Positions 17,570 to 27,874 of a stretch of 64,000 nucleotides of DNA are shown here, piece after piece. The number at the start of each line of letters is the position of its first letter. The first letter of the stretch is position 1. Under the pieces are notes generated by a model. It was not told the origin of the DNA, searched no databases, and was given only the letters and a program-made list of their open reading frames with translations. The stretch comes from Burkholderiales bacterium (GTDB taxonomy: Bacteria > Pseudomonadota > Gammaproteobacteria > Burkholderiales > Burkholderiaceae_C). The position numbers and the translations under genes are program-made. The DNA lies in assembly GCA_038324515.1 (NCBI GenBank), contig JBBQIB010000002.1, forward strand, positions 3,694 to 67,693. Reading direction: 5' to 3'.

Positions 17570-18547
17570 CTGAGCACCCTACAGCGCACGCTTTACCCCG
17601 GCAGCCTGACCGACGTCAGCGGCCTGCAGGTGGGCCATGCAGCCAAGGCTGGCCGCGCTACCGGCTGCACCGTGGTCTTGTGCCCGCAGGGCGTCATTTG
17701 CGGCGCTGCTGTGCGGGGCGGCGCCCCGGGCACGCGCGAGACCGATCTGCTGCGCCCTGAGAACACCGTGCAACAGGTGCATGCTGTGCTGCTGAGCGGC
17801 GGCAGCGCGTTTGGTCTGGATGCAGCCTCTGGCGTGATGCGCTGGCTGGACGAGCGCGGTCATGGGTTGCTGGTAGGCCCGGCGCGGGTGCCGATCGTGC
17901 CGGCGGCGGTCTTGTTTGACCTCTGGCACGGAGACTTCAAGATCCGCCCGGACGCAGACACCGGCTATGCAGCCTGCGAAATGGCCACCGCCCAGCCACC
18001 TGCCCAGGGCAAGGCCGGCGCGGGGCTGGGCGCCAGCGTCGGCAAATGGTTTGGCATCGAACGCGCAAGCCCCGGCGGCATCGGCACTGCATCGCTGCAG
18101 TTGGCGGGCATCACCGTGGCGGCGCTGGTGGCCGTCAATGCGGTGGGTGATGTCTTGCACGAGGACGGCAGCGTTCTGGCAGGCGCCCGTCATCCTGGCA
18201 GCGCCGAGTTTGTGGACAGGTTTGTGGGCAGCACGGGCAGCCTGCTGGCCGGTGCAGGCCCGGCGCGCATCATGGCCGGCATGGCCACCACGATTGGCGT
18301 GGTAGCGACCGACGCGGTGCTGGACAAGGCACAGGCCACGCAACTGGCATGCCTGGCCCACCACGGATTGGCCAGGGCCGTCAACCCCTTGACGCCGCAC
18401 GACGGAGACAGCTTCTTTGCCCTGGCGACAGGTGCTGCCGGCCGAGCCGGCGACATGAGTGCCTTGGGCACGATGGCTGCCGAAGCTGTAGCGCGTGCGA
18501 TCCGCAACGCGGTGCGTGCTGCTCAGGCGCAGATCAGCGGCTCTTGA
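17570..18547 (+). CDS. P1/S58 (DmpA-like) peptidase
   Basis: Motifs LTDVSGLQVGH, RGGAPGTRETDLL, LSGGSAFGL, VPIVPAAVLFDL, VNAVGD, TTIGVVATD, HDGD. No in-frame ATG at the expected start; CTG at 17558 or 17570. Confidence 0.88.
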   Translation: MSTLQRTLYPGSLTDVSGLQVGHAAKAGRATGCTVVLCPQGVICGAAVRGGAPGTRETDLLRPENTVQQVHAVLLSGGSAFGLDAASGVMRWLDERGHGLLVGPARVPIVPAAVLFDLWHGDFKIRPDADTGYAACEMATAQPPAQGKAGAGLGASVGKWFGIERASPGGIGTASLQLAGITVAALVAVNAVGDVLHEDGSVLAGARHPGSAEFVDRFVGSTGSLLAGAGPARIMAGMATTIGVVATDAVLDKAQATQLACLAHHGLARAVNPLTPHDGDSFFALATGAAGRAGDMSALGTMAAEAVARAIRNAVRAAQAQISGS

Positions 18548-18573
18548 CGTACCAGCTTCAGACATCGCAACCC

Positions 18574-18600
18574 AAAAAAACCCGGAAGGACTCTCCGGGT
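18574..18600 (-). terminator. Intrinsic terminator downstream of ggt
   Basis: ACCCGGA...TCCGGGT stem with an A7 run on + (U-tract on -), between convergent genes. Confidence 0.7.
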
Positions 18601-18652
18601 CGGTTGGGGCAAGAGCACTGTTGGCCCAGGCGCGCAGCCCGGGCCGCCCGAC

Positions 18653-20656
18653 TCAGCGCGGTCCAGACAAGGAATCTCCCAGCACAGTGCCTTCACGGCG
18701 AGGATCGGCGCCGCCTTCGAGGTAGGTTTCGCCGGCCGCATTGCTGCGCTTGATGATCGTGCCGATGCCACTGCTTTGGGCAGCCGTGTTGACGGTATGC
18801 CCAATGGCGCGCAGGCCCACCACCAGCGCATCGTTGGCGCCGCCATTGCTCAAGTCGACATTGGGATGCTCACCGCCGACGTTGGTGTTCGCGCCGTTCG
18901 CCGAGCCAAAAGCAATCATCGAGGTGGCTTGCTGCGCGTCCATGCTCCAGTCCACGACCCCCACCACGGTCTTGGCCACGAATTGGATGATGGTGGCGCC
19001 ACCTGGCGAGCCCGTGGCCATGCGGAAGTCCCCGCGTCCACCATTGGCCGCGACGCGGAACACGAGTGTCGGCGCCATCGAGCTGCGTGGGCGCTTGCCC
19101 GCAGCCACACGGTTGGCGATGGGCGCACCTGTGGCATCGGCAGGCGTGGCAGAAAAATCGGTCAACTGATTGTTCAGCAAGAAGCCGCCGCGGGTCATCT
19201 GGAACGAGCCAAAGCCGCTTTCCACCGTGGTCGTCAGCGACACCACGTTGCCGGCGCCGTCCACCACCGTCACCTGGGTGGTGCCATTTTCAGCCGATGG
19301 CCCCTGGATGCCCAGTGACACCGGGCCCAGATCACCTGGCAGCGCGGTGCCCAGACTGCTGCCGAAGCGAATCAGACCGGCGCGGCTGCGCAGGTAGTCT
19401 TTATTCAGCATCGCCGCCGGGCTGCCACCAGGCAGCGGCACGAAGTCGCTGTCGGCGACGTACTTGTTGCGGTCCGCGTAAGCCAGGCGCTGCGCTTCTG
19501 CCACCAGATGCACACCAAAGACGGTGGGTTTGCCGCCGTTGTCGTCCATCGCCGTGGGCCGGTACTGGGCCAGCGAGAAGTTCTCCAGGATGCCCAGCGT
19601 TTGAGCGATGGCGATGCCACCGCTGCTGGGCGGCGGCATGCCACACACCCAGACCTCGTTACGGTAGACGGAGCAGATCGGCTCGCGCTTGACCGAGCGG
19701 TAAGCCGCCATGTCGGCCATCGTCGTCAGCCCTGGCGTGATGCCGGCAGTGTTGTCGGTGATTTCATCGACGATGTCTTGCGCGATGGCACCGCTGTAGA
19801 AGGCAGCAATGCCACCGTTGGCGATGGTCTGGAAGGTGGTGGCCAGCGCCGGGCTGCGCAGCAGAGTGCCGGCGGCCTTGGCAGTACCGTCGGCGTTCAA
19901 AAAGTACGCCCGCGCTTCAGCGTCGCGCGCCAGGTTGGTGGCCGAGCCGGATACCGAGGCAAACATCCGTGGGCTGATGGCAAAGCCGTCGGTGGCGATC
20001 TTGATCGCCGGGTCGAACAGCTCTTTCCATGTCAGCTTGCCGCCGTCTTTGTGGGCTGAATCCAACATGTGCAAGACGCCTGGGGTGCCGATCGAGCGGC
20101 CACTGGACCGCGCATTGGGCAGCGGAGCCGTCTGTTCACTGTTGCTGACCCAACGCAGGTAGTTGGGGGTGGCGGCTGCCGGAGCAGTCTCGCGGCCGTC
20201 GTAGGCCGTGACGCGGCCGCTGGCCTTGTCGTAATGCATCAGGAAAGCGCCACCCCCGATGCCGCTGCTCTGCGGCTCGACGATGTTGAGCACCATCTGC
20301 GTGGCGATGGCCGCATCCACTGCGGTGCCGCCGCGCTTGAGCACGTCGCAGCCGGCTTTGGTGGCGAGCGGGTTGGCCGCCACCACCATGAAGCTGCGCG
20401 CGTACGCCACTTTCTTGCTGGCAAAACCGGTGGCAATTTCTGGCGCCCCGTTCTGGCCCGGCGCACCGGGGTCGAACAAAGCGCCTGCAGCGTTGGTTTG
20501 CAGGCAGGCGTTTTCTGCGACGGTATCGACTTCGTCGTCACTGCCGCCACAACTGGCCAGCAACGCAGCGGCCAGCAAGATTTGCGCGGAGCGAGTCAGC
20601 CGGCGGCTGGCTCGAGCGGCGCACGCATGATGGCTCTGATTGGTGCGGGATGGCAT
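18653..20656 (-). CDS. ggt: Gamma-glutamyltransferase family lipoprotein
   Basis: Lipobox LASC. Motifs GGTAVDAAIA, EPQSSGIGGG, DGRETAP, PPPSSGG, GTTQ (Thr nucleophile), LNNQLTDF, KRPRSSMAP, GSPGG, DPRREG. GGAGG RBS before ATG 20656. Confidence 0.93.
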   Translation of the reverse strand: MPSRTNQSHHACAARASRRLTRSAQILLAAALLASCGGSDDEVDTVAENACLQTNAAGALFDPGAPGQNGAPEIATGFASKKVAYARSFMVVAANPLATKAGCDVLKRGGTAVDAAIATQMVLNIVEPQSSGIGGGAFLMHYDKASGRVTAYDGRETAPAAATPNYLRWVSNSEQTAPLPNARSSGRSIGTPGVLHMLDSAHKDGGKLTWKELFDPAIKIATDGFAISPRMFASVSGSATNLARDAEARAYFLNADGTAKAAGTLLRSPALATTFQTIANGGIAAFYSGAIAQDIVDEITDNTAGITPGLTTMADMAAYRSVKREPICSVYRNEVWVCGMPPPSSGGIAIAQTLGILENFSLAQYRPTAMDDNGGKPTVFGVHLVAEAQRLAYADRNKYVADSDFVPLPGGSPAAMLNKDYLRSRAGLIRFGSSLGTALPGDLGPVSLGIQGPSAENGTTQVTVVDGAGNVVSLTTTVESGFGSFQMTRGGFLLNNQLTDFSATPADATGAPIANRVAAGKRPRSSMAPTLVFRVAANGGRGDFRMATGSPGGATIIQFVAKTVVGVVDWSMDAQQATSMIAFGSANGANTNVGGEHPNVDLSNGGANDALVVGLRAIGHTVNTAAQSSGIGTIIKRSNAAGETYLEGGADPRREGTVLGDSLSGPR

Positions 20657-20760
20657 CCGGATTTCCTCCGACTGTATTTGTGCAGTGACATGGTGCTGCT
20701 GCACTTCCCCGGACCTTAACAGGGTTTACCCGCATGACGCGTGGATGAGACACTTGCTGG

Positions 20761-21510
20761 ATGCAACTGGCTCAATTGCTTTTCAGCCAAGGTTTTGGCA
20801 ACCGACGTGAATGCGCGCGGCTGATCCGGCAGGGCCAGGTGCGTGTAGGCGGCCAGACCATCGAAGACCCAGCCACCGAATTGGGCGAATTGCCAAGCGA
20901 CCCTGCCCTGAGCTTTGAAGTGCACGGCCAGCTCTGGGCCTACCAGGCGCAGGCCTGCCTGATGCTGCACAAACCCGCGGGCTACGAATGCTCCAGATCA
21001 CCGCGCCACCACCCCAGCGTGATGTCGCTGCTGCCTGAGCCATTGCGCCAGCGCGGCGTGCAACCCGTGGGGCGCCTGGATGAAGACACCACAGGGCTGT
21101 TGCTCTTCAGTGACGACGGCAAGCTCATTCACCGCCTGACCCACCCCAAGTGGCAGGTCAGCAAGCTCTACGAAGTGCAAACCCGTCATCCGCTGGACGA
21201 CAAGCAGGTGCAGCAGTTGCTGGGCGGAGTCTTCCTGCACGACGACCCACAGCCCGCGAGCGCTGTTGCGGCGAGCATCGCTGCACCCAGGCAGTTGCAT
21301 CTGGTGCTGTCCGATGGCCGCTATCACCAGGTCAAGCGCATGCTGGCTGCTGTCAGCAACCGGGTGGATGCGCTGCATCGCAGCCGCTTTGGCCCGCTGC
21401 AGCTGGACCCGCAGCTGCCGCCGGGCCAGTGGCGCTGGTTGACGGCCAATGAGCGCGAATCGCTGGATCCGGCCAGCGCCAGCAACCCGGCCGGGCTCAA
21501 ACGCGCTTGA
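20761..21510 (+). CDS. rsuA: RsuA-family 16S rRNA pseudouridine synthase
   Basis: S4-like N-terminus. Motifs HKPAGYECS, VGRLDEDTTGLLL, GRYHQVKRM, LHRSRFG. Confidence 0.88.
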   Translation: MQLAQLLFSQGFGNRRECARLIRQGQVRVGGQTIEDPATELGELPSDPALSFEVHGQLWAYQAQACLMLHKPAGYECSRSPRHHPSVMSLLPEPLRQRGVQPVGRLDEDTTGLLLFSDDGKLIHRLTHPKWQVSKLYEVQTRHPLDDKQVQQLLGGVFLHDDPQPASAVAASIAAPRQLHLVLSDGRYHQVKRMLAAVSNRVDALHRSRFGPLQLDPQLPPGQWRWLTANERESLDPASASNPAGLKRA

Positions 21511-22318
21511 TGCGCTGCAAACAGCGAGCTGCAGTCGCCAACAGGCGTGTATTCGGGTCCTGCCGGCCGGCCGCCTGGCGACGGCTCAGCAGATCAACCG
21601 CCGCATCGGCCATGCCGCGCGCCAACAGCGAACGTGCCAGACGCCGGGCATCGCGGCTGCGATAGAAATCGTCTGGCAAGGCTTTCAGCCAGCTCTGCAG
21701 CGTCGCCTCGTCCAGTACCCGAGGCAGGTTGTAGGGGCCGTGGAAGCCGAAGGTCGGGGTCTTGGGGCTGCGGTTTTCGAAAGCAAACTGCTGCGCCAAA
21801 ACCCGCGGGGCAAAACGCAGGCCGTGCACCGACTCCATCCGCTCACGGTGGGTCACGCAGAGCGCCTGATCTTCTGGGTGAAAGGGCTGCAGCGCCGGGT
21901 CTTGCCCCGCCACCAGGCAGCGCCTGGACCGCAGGCTGAAGCCGCCGTTGCCCACGGCACGCTCATCCGGCTGGTCTGGCCAGGGCGCGCCGATGTAGTC
22001 CCAAGCCAGAAACTCGTCTTGCCAGGCTGAAGCGTCCAGCACAAAGCCGTCCCATTGCGTCAACAGCACATGGCGGGTGTGGATGTGAGCAGCCAGCTCC
22101 CGCAACACAAAATTGGAGTACTCGGCACCGTCTCGCAGCACAGCGATCGGCACAGCACGGATCTGCGGCTGCAAAGTCTCAAAGCCGGGTGGGCAAAACA
22201 GCAGCACCTCGGCAAATGCCACCTGCAGCATCGAGCGCTGCAACGATTGCAAAGCCAGGTGCGGCGAGCGCGTGTCGATGGCGCACAAGCTGACCTGAGG
22301 CAGGCTCATGGCGGGCAT
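21497..22318 (-). CDS. DUF5672 family protein
   Basis: Motifs QWDGFV, DYIGAPW, VGNGGFSLRS, PED, FGFHG. Confidence 0.8.
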   Translation of the reverse strand: MPAMSLPQVSLCAIDTRSPHLALQSLQRSMLQVAFAEVLLFCPPGFETLQPQIRAVPIAVLRDGAEYSNFVLRELAAHIHTRHVLLTQWDGFVLDASAWQDEFLAWDYIGAPWPDQPDERAVGNGGFSLRSRRCLVAGQDPALQPFHPEDQALCVTHRERMESVHGLRFAPRVLAQQFAFENRSPKTPTFGFHGPYNLPRVLDEATLQSWLKALPDDFYRSRDARRLARSLLARGMADAAVDLLSRRQAAGRQDPNTRLLATAARCLQRIKRV

Positions 22319-22359
22319 GCAGGGCATTGTCTCAGGCCGCCTCGTTACACTGCGCGCCG

Positions 22360-23445
22360 ATGGAAACCCGCCACATCGGCATCAGCCTGGGCAATATCGG
22401 TGCGCTGCACGACGGGCTGGGCGAGTTTGCGCTGCAGATCGGCCAGCGCTTGGCAGCCGCAGCACCACATTGGCTGCAGCAACACGGCGTGCAGATGCAC
22501 TTTCACCTGCGTCCACATCTGTTGGGGCTGTTCGGTGACCAGGTGGGTTATCTGAAGGTCAACAAGCTGCAACGGCTGTGGCACCGCCAGCCGCAGGCCT
22601 TCGCGCTGTGGCATTCTCTGCATCAGCTCAACAAGACCCGGCCACCGCAGATGGTGGCTGGCAGCCAGGCGCGGCTGCTGACGGTGCACGACCTGAACTA
22701 TCTGTATGGGCGCAACGCCTTTTCGACCTGGCGTCATGGCAAGCGCACGCGGGCCCTGATGGCACGCACCGACGAGGTGGTGGCGATCAGCCGGCACACC
22801 GCCAGCGATGTGCAAAGCCACCTGGGCTGGCGGGGGCCGCTGCAGGTGATCTACAACGGTGCGCGCAGCTTTGTGGACGCAACCGGAGAACCTTTGACGG
22901 GCTGGCCCAGCGAGCCCACGCAGCCCTTTCTGTATCACCTCAGCCGCATGTCGCCGTCCAAGAACCCGCAAGCGCTGCTGGGGCTGGCGCAGGCCTGGCC
23001 GCAGATGCAGTTCGTGCTGTGCGGCCCCCCCAGCAAAGATGCCAAGGCACTGCGTGACAGCGTCAAGCTGCCCAACGTGCAGTTCCACCTGGGCATCAAC
23101 GACGCGCAGAAGGCGTGGGCTTACGCCCACTGCGCGGGTTTCCTGTTTCCGTCTCTGACTGAAGGTTTTGGTCTGCCGCCCATCGAAGCGATGCACTTCG
23201 GCAAACCGGTGTTCTTGGCCCGGCGCACCAGCCTGCCGGAAATCGGCGGTGATGCCGCCGCCTACTTCGACAGTTTCGAGCCGCTGGTGATGCGCCAGGT
23301 GGTTGAACAAGGCTTGCTGCGCCATGCGCTGCCGGGTCGGGCGGCTGCCGTACGGCAGCATGCGGCGCAGTTCGACTGGGACCGGGCTGCTCAGCAGTAC
23401 CTGGCGTTGTACCGTCGCCTGCTGGGTCTGCCCACGACCGCTTGA
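22360..23445 (+). CDS. Glycosyltransferase family 4
   Basis: Motifs TVHDL, KNP, FPSLTEGFGLPPIEAM, SLPEIGG, FDWD. Confidence 0.92.
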   Translation: METRHIGISLGNIGALHDGLGEFALQIGQRLAAAAPHWLQQHGVQMHFHLRPHLLGLFGDQVGYLKVNKLQRLWHRQPQAFALWHSLHQLNKTRPPQMVAGSQARLLTVHDLNYLYGRNAFSTWRHGKRTRALMARTDEVVAISRHTASDVQSHLGWRGPLQVIYNGARSFVDATGEPLTGWPSEPTQPFLYHLSRMSPSKNPQALLGLAQAWPQMQFVLCGPPSKDAKALRDSVKLPNVQFHLGINDAQKAWAYAHCAGFLFPSLTEGFGLPPIEAMHFGKPVFLARRTSLPEIGGDAAAYFDSFEPLVMRQVVEQGLLRHALPGRAAAVRQHAAQFDWDRAAQQYLALYRRLLGLPTTA

Positions 23446-23540
23446 CGGCAGCTTGACTGCCCGCTTGACTGCACGCTTGCCGGCCGCTTGACGGCCGGTT
23501 GACTGCCACTGTACGGCCACGGTACGGCAACTTGACTGCA
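23440..23540. repeat. Intergenic imperfect 11(-12)-bp tandem array, ~9 units, consensus GCTTGACKGCM
   Basis: gcttgacggca/gcttgactgccc/gcttgactgcac/gcttgccggcc/gcttgacggcc/ggttgactgcc/actgtacggcc/acggtacggca/acttgactgca. Confidence 0.85.
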
Positions 23541-23586
23541 GCCCAACAGCCACTGGCCGCTGCGACGGGCGGCGATAATTGCCCCG

Positions 23587-24636
23587 ATGCAGGTTTCTCT
23601 AGGATTCGGCGGCAGCAAGGCACTGCCCCCCAGTGCCGTCACGGTGGGCAACTTCGACGGCGTGCATCGTGGTCACCAGGCCATGCTGGCCCTGCTGACC
23701 AGTGAAGCCCGCCACCGCGGTCTGCCCAGTTGTGTGCTCAGTTTTGAGCCCAACCCACGTGACTTCTTTGCCCGGCTGCATGGCCGGCCCGAAGCGGCGC
23801 CACAGCGCATCAGCCCACTGCGCGACAAGCTGGCCGAGTTAGCGCGCTGCGGCATCGACCATGTGGTCATCAAACGCTTCAACCGCAGCTTTGCACAGAT
23901 GAGCCCTCAAGCCTTCATCAGTGATGTGCTGCAACGCGGGCTGCAGACCCGCTATCTGCTGGTCGGTGACGACTTCTGCTTTGGCGCCCAGCGCGCCGGC
24001 AACTACGCGATGCTTGACGCTGCGGGGCCAGCCGCCGGCTTTGATGTGGCGCGCATGCAGAGCTACGAGGTCCACGGCCAGAGGGTATCGAGCTCAGTGG
24101 TGCGGGCCGCGCTGGCCGCCGGTGACATGCCCCAAGCGGCGGCCCTGCTCGGCCGGCCCTACACCATCAGCGGCCACGCCATCCATGGCCGCAAACTGGG
24201 CCGCGAGTTGGGTTTTCGCACCTTGAACCTGCGTTTTGCGCATCCGCGTCCGGCCGCCAGCGGCATCTTCGTCGCGCGTGTGCATGGTTTGACACCCGAT
24301 CCGGTGCCCGCAGTGGCCAGCCTGGGTGTGCGCCCGACGGTCGAAGACGCTGGTCGGGTGCTGCTGGAGGTGCACTGCCTGCATTGGCCAGAGGCCCTGG
24401 GACCGGAAGGCGGGTATGGGCGCTGCTTGCAGGTCGAACTGTTGCACCGCCTGCACGAAGAGCGTAAATACGAGTCGCTGCAGGTCTTGCAAGCAGCGAT
24501 TGCCGAGGACACGGCACAGGCCCGGGCCTGGCATGCGGCCCATGGCAATGACCGAGGTGGCGCTTTGCAGCCTATGAAGCAGCCCATGAAGCAGCCCGTG
24601 AAGCAACCCATGAAGCAGCCCACAGAACAGCCCTGA
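23587..24636 (+). CDS. ribF: Bifunctional riboflavin kinase / FAD synthetase
   Basis: Motifs GNFDGVHRGHQ, VGDDFCFG, VSSS, GRKLGRELGFRTLN, GVRPT, LEVH. Lies upstream of ileS-lspA. Confidence 0.95.
   Translation: MQVSLGFGGSKALPPSAVTVGNFDGVHRGHQAMLALLTSEARHRGLPSCVLSFEPNPRDFFARLHGRPEAAPQRISPLRDKLAELARCGIDHVVIKRFNRSFAQMSPQAFISDVLQRGLQTRYLLVGDDFCFGAQRAGNYAMLDAAGPAAGFDVARMQSYEVHGQRVSSSVVRAALAAGDMPQAAALLGRPYTISGHAIHGRKLGRELGFRTLNLRFAHPRPAASGIFVARVHGLTPDPVPAVASLGVRPTVEDAGRVLLEVHCLHWPEALGPEGGYGRCLQVELLHRLHEERKYESLQVLQAAIAEDTAQARAWHAAHGNDRGGALQPMKQPMKQPVKQPMKQPTEQP
24568..24633 (+). repeat. 12-bp tandem repeat (CAGCCCATGAAG, ~5.5 copies) giving a QPMK tail on RibF
   Basis: Read directly from the sequence. 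Protein tail is QPMKQPMKQPVKQPMKQPTEQP. Confidence 0.9.
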
Positions 24637-24679
24637 GAGCGAACGCAAGCACCTGATGCAGCCCCCTACAATCTGAGGC

Positions 24680-25000
24680 ATGAGCGAGTTGGAAGACACC
24701 CCCCAGCACTACGGCCATCTGGCCACGCATGCCGCCACCTGCAGGCAGCACACGCGTGACCGAATTTGGCGCGCGCCGCGGCATTGAGCTTCGTGATGCC
24801 GGGGCTGCTCCGAATCATTCGGGGCTGGCTCATCGAGCCCTCACTGCGCACCGACTGCGCCCCGGCTGCGCCCCGGCTGCATCACTTGACCCTGCGCCCA
24901 GCAGCCAGCCGGCTCTGCGCACTTTCGATCTTTCTTGCGAACTCTCCTGCAATCAGCGGTCGCCCACCGGGCTTGAGCTCACGCAGCACCAGGAACACAC
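24680..25000 (+). pseudogene. Possible decayed small gene between ribF and ileS
   Basis: TACAAT-7nt-ATG at 24680 opens [14 protein letters not shown]...RIWRAPRH*. Protein-like text continues in other frames ([21 protein letters not shown]..., [11 protein letters not shown]). Confidence 0.35.
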
Positions 25001-25001
25001 A

Positions 25002-27872
25002 ATGAGTACCCCTGCTTCAACCGACGCCGACGCCGACGCTGGCTCGGCACCCGACTACCGCAGCACCCTCAATCTGGCCGACACGCCTTTCCCGATGCGG
25101 GGTGATCTGGCCAAACGCGAGCCAGCCTGGATTGCCAGGTGGCAGGATGAGGGCCTGTATCAACGGCTGCGATTGGCGCGCCGTGGCCGCCCGCTCTTTG
25201 TGCTGCACGACGGCCCGCCCTATGCCAACGGCGCCATCCACATGGGGCACGCGGTCAACAAGGTGCTCAAGGACATGATCGTCAAGGCTCGCCAACTGGG
25301 TGGTTATGACGCGCACTACGTACCGGGCTGGGATTGCCACGGCCTGCCGATCGAAAACGCGATCGAGAAGAAATTTGGCCGCAGCCTGTCGCGCGACGAC
25401 ATGCAAGCCAAGAGCCGCGCTTACGCCACCGAGCAGATCGCGCTGCAGATGGCCGACTTCAAGCGCCTGGGTGTGCTGGGCGACTGGGAACACCGCTACG
25501 CGACGATGGACCCGGCCAACGAGGCCGATGAGATCCTGGCCTTCAAGCGCGTCATCGAGCGCGGCTTCGTGTACCGCGGCTTGAAGCCGGTGTACTGGTG
25601 TTTTGACTGCGCCAGCTCACTGGCTGAATTCGAGATCGAGTACGCCGACAAGAAGAGCCAGACGCTGGACGTGGCTTTCGCCTGCGCAGAGCCTGACAAG
25701 TTGGCCGCTGCCTTTGGCTTGCCGGCACTGCACAAGCCTGCGTCCATCGTGATCTGGACCACCACGGCCTGGACGCTGCCGGCCAACCAGGCGCTGAACC
25801 TGAACCCGGCGCTGGAGTACGCCTTGGTGGACACTGAGCGTGGCCTCTTGGTGCTGGCCGCCAGCCTGGTCGAGAAATGCATGGCGCGTTACGGCCTGCA
25901 GGGCCAGGTGCTCGCCACCACGTTGGGCGAAACGCTCGGCGGTCTGCAGTTCCACCATCCGTTGGCCAAGGTCGATGCGGGTTATGCGCGCCTGAGCCCG
26001 GTCTATCTGGCCGACTATGCCACTGCCGAAGACGGCACCGGCATCGTGCATTCCTCTCCTGCTTATGGCGTGGACGACTTCAACTCTTGCGTGGCGCACG
26101 GCATGGCGCATGACCAGATCCTCAACCCGGTGCAAGGCAACGGCAGCTATGCCGCCGAGCTGCCGCTGTTTGGTGGCCTGAACATCTGGAAAGCCGCGCC
26201 GCAGATCATCGAGACCCTGCGCGAAGCCGGCCAGCTGATGGCCACCGAAAAAATCGAACACAGCTACCCGCACTGCTGGCGCCACAAGAGCCCGGTGATC
26301 TACCGCGCTGCAGCGCAATGGTTCATCCGCATGGATGAAGGTGCGGGGGTGTTCACTGTCGACAAGGCGCCGCAGACGCTGCGCCAGATGGCGCTGGCCG
26401 CCATCGACCAGACGGCTTTTTATCCAGAGAACGGCCGTGCCAGGCTGCGCGACATGATCGCCAACCGGCCCGACTGGTGCATCAGCCGCCAGCGCAGTTG
26501 GGGCGTGCCGCTGCCCTTTTTTCTGCACAAGGACAGCGGCGAGCTGCACCCACGCACGATGCAGATCCTGGAGCAGGCAGCAGACATCGTGCGCGAGGGT
26601 GGCATCGAGGCCTGGAGCTGCGTCACCGCTGAAGAAATCCTGGGCGCAGAAGACGCGGCGCACTACAGCAAGAGCAGCGACATCCTGGAGGTCTGGTTCG
26701 ACAGCGGCAGCACCTTCCGGCATGTGCTGCGTGGTCAGCACCCTGGCGGTTTCCACGAAGAGGGGCCCGAAGCCGACCTGTACCTGGAAGGCCATGACCA
26801 GCACCGCGGCTGGTTCCACAGCTCTTTGCTGCTGGCCTGCGCCTTGTATGGTCGCGCGCCTTACCGCAGCCTGCTGACCCACGGCTTCACGGTCGACAGC
26901 CAGGGCCGCAAGATGAGCAAATCTGCAGGCAACGGCATCGAACCACAAAAGGTCAGCAACAGCCTGGGTGCAGAGATCATCCGGCTGTGGGTGGCCGCGA
27001 GCGACTACTCAGGCGACATCGCCGGCGACGACAAGATCCTGGCCCGCGTGGTTGACAGCTACCGCCGCATCCGCAACACGCTGCGCTTCTTGCTGGCCAA
27101 CACCGGCGACTTCGATCCCGCCCAGCACGCGGTGCCACGGGCGGAGATGCTGGAGATCGACCGCTATGCCATGGCCCGCGCGGCCCAGTTGCAAGACGAA
27201 ATCCTGCAGCACTACGAGGTCTACGAGTTCCACCCCGTGGTCGCCAAGCTGCAGATCTACTGCAGCGAGGACCTGGGGGCGTTCTATCTGGATGTGCTCA
27301 AGGACCGGCTGTACACCACTGCAGCCGGCAGCCCGGCCAGACGCAGCGCGCAAACGGCGCTGTGGCACATCACGCAGGCGATGTTGCGCTGGATGGCGCC
27401 CTTTCTCAGTTTCACGGCTGAAGAAGTCTGGACTCTGCAGGGCCGCTCGCCTTCGATCTTCACCGAGACTTATCTGAAGTTCGAGGCGCAGCCCGATCAA
27501 GAGGCACTGCTGACCAAGTGGGGCCGCATCCGCGAAGTGCGTGATGTGGTCAACAAGGACATCGAAGGCTTGCGCACCCAAGGCGCAGTGGGCTCGTCAT
27601 TGCAGGCCGAAGTGGTCTTGGGGTTGACAGATGCAGACCTGCAGCTGTTCGCCACTTTGGGCGACGATCTGCGGTTTGTGCTGATCACATCGGCCGCGCG
27701 CATCGAAGCAGCAGCCACGCTGCAAGTGCGGGTCAGCGCATCGACAGCCACCAAGTGCGAGCGCTGCTGGCACTGGCGCAACGATGTGGGGCATGACCCT
27801 GCACACCCGGGGCTGTGCGGCCGCTGCACCAGCAACCTGTTTGGCGCCGGCGAAGCGCGGCAGGTGGCTTGA
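25002..27872 (+). CDS. ileS: Isoleucine--tRNA ligase (type 1)
   Basis: Motifs [35 protein letters not shown], and a C-terminal CERC...CGRC zinc finger. AGGA RBS before ATG 25002. Confidence 0.97.
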   Translation: MSTPASTDADADAGSAPDYRSTLNLADTPFPMRGDLAKREPAWIARWQDEGLYQRLRLARRGRPLFVLHDGPPYANGAIHMGHAVNKVLKDMIVKARQLGGYDAHYVPGWDCHGLPIENAIEKKFGRSLSRDDMQAKSRAYATEQIALQMADFKRLGVLGDWEHRYATMDPANEADEILAFKRVIERGFVYRGLKPVYWCFDCASSLAEFEIEYADKKSQTLDVAFACAEPDKLAAAFGLPALHKPASIVIWTTTAWTLPANQALNLNPALEYALVDTERGLLVLAASLVEKCMARYGLQGQVLATTLGETLGGLQFHHPLAKVDAGYARLSPVYLADYATAEDGTGIVHSSPAYGVDDFNSCVAHGMAHDQILNPVQGNGSYAAELPLFGGLNIWKAAPQIIETLREAGQLMATEKIEHSYPHCWRHKSPVIYRAAAQWFIRMDEGAGVFTVDKAPQTLRQMALAAIDQTAFYPENGRARLRDMIANRPDWCISRQRSWGVPLPFFLHKDSGELHPRTMQILEQAADIVREGGIEAWSCVTAEEILGAEDAAHYSKSSDILEVWFDSGSTFRHVLRGQHPGGFHEEGPEADLYLEGHDQHRGWFHSSLLLACALYGRAPYRSLLTHGFTVDSQGRKMSKSAGNGIEPQKVSNSLGAEIIRLWVAASDYSGDIAGDDKILARVVDSYRRIRNTLRFLLANTGDFDPAQHAVPRAEMLEIDRYAMARAAQLQDEILQHYEVYEFHPVVAKLQIYCSEDLGAFYLDVLKDRLYTTAAGSPARRSAQTALWHITQAMLRWMAPFLSFTAEEVWTLQGRSPSIFTETYLKFEAQPDQEALLTKWGRIREVRDVVNKDIEGLRTQGAVGSSLQAEVVLGLTDADLQLFATLGDDLRFVLITSAARIEAAATLQVRVSASTATKCERCWHWRNDVGHDPAHPGLCGRCTSNLFGAGEARQVA

Positions 27873-27874
27873 AG

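Noticed and set aside
24729-25001. 91-aa N-terminal extension of IleS given by the ORF track
   Set aside because: Homology begins at DYRSTLNL and an AGGA RBS precedes ATG 25002.
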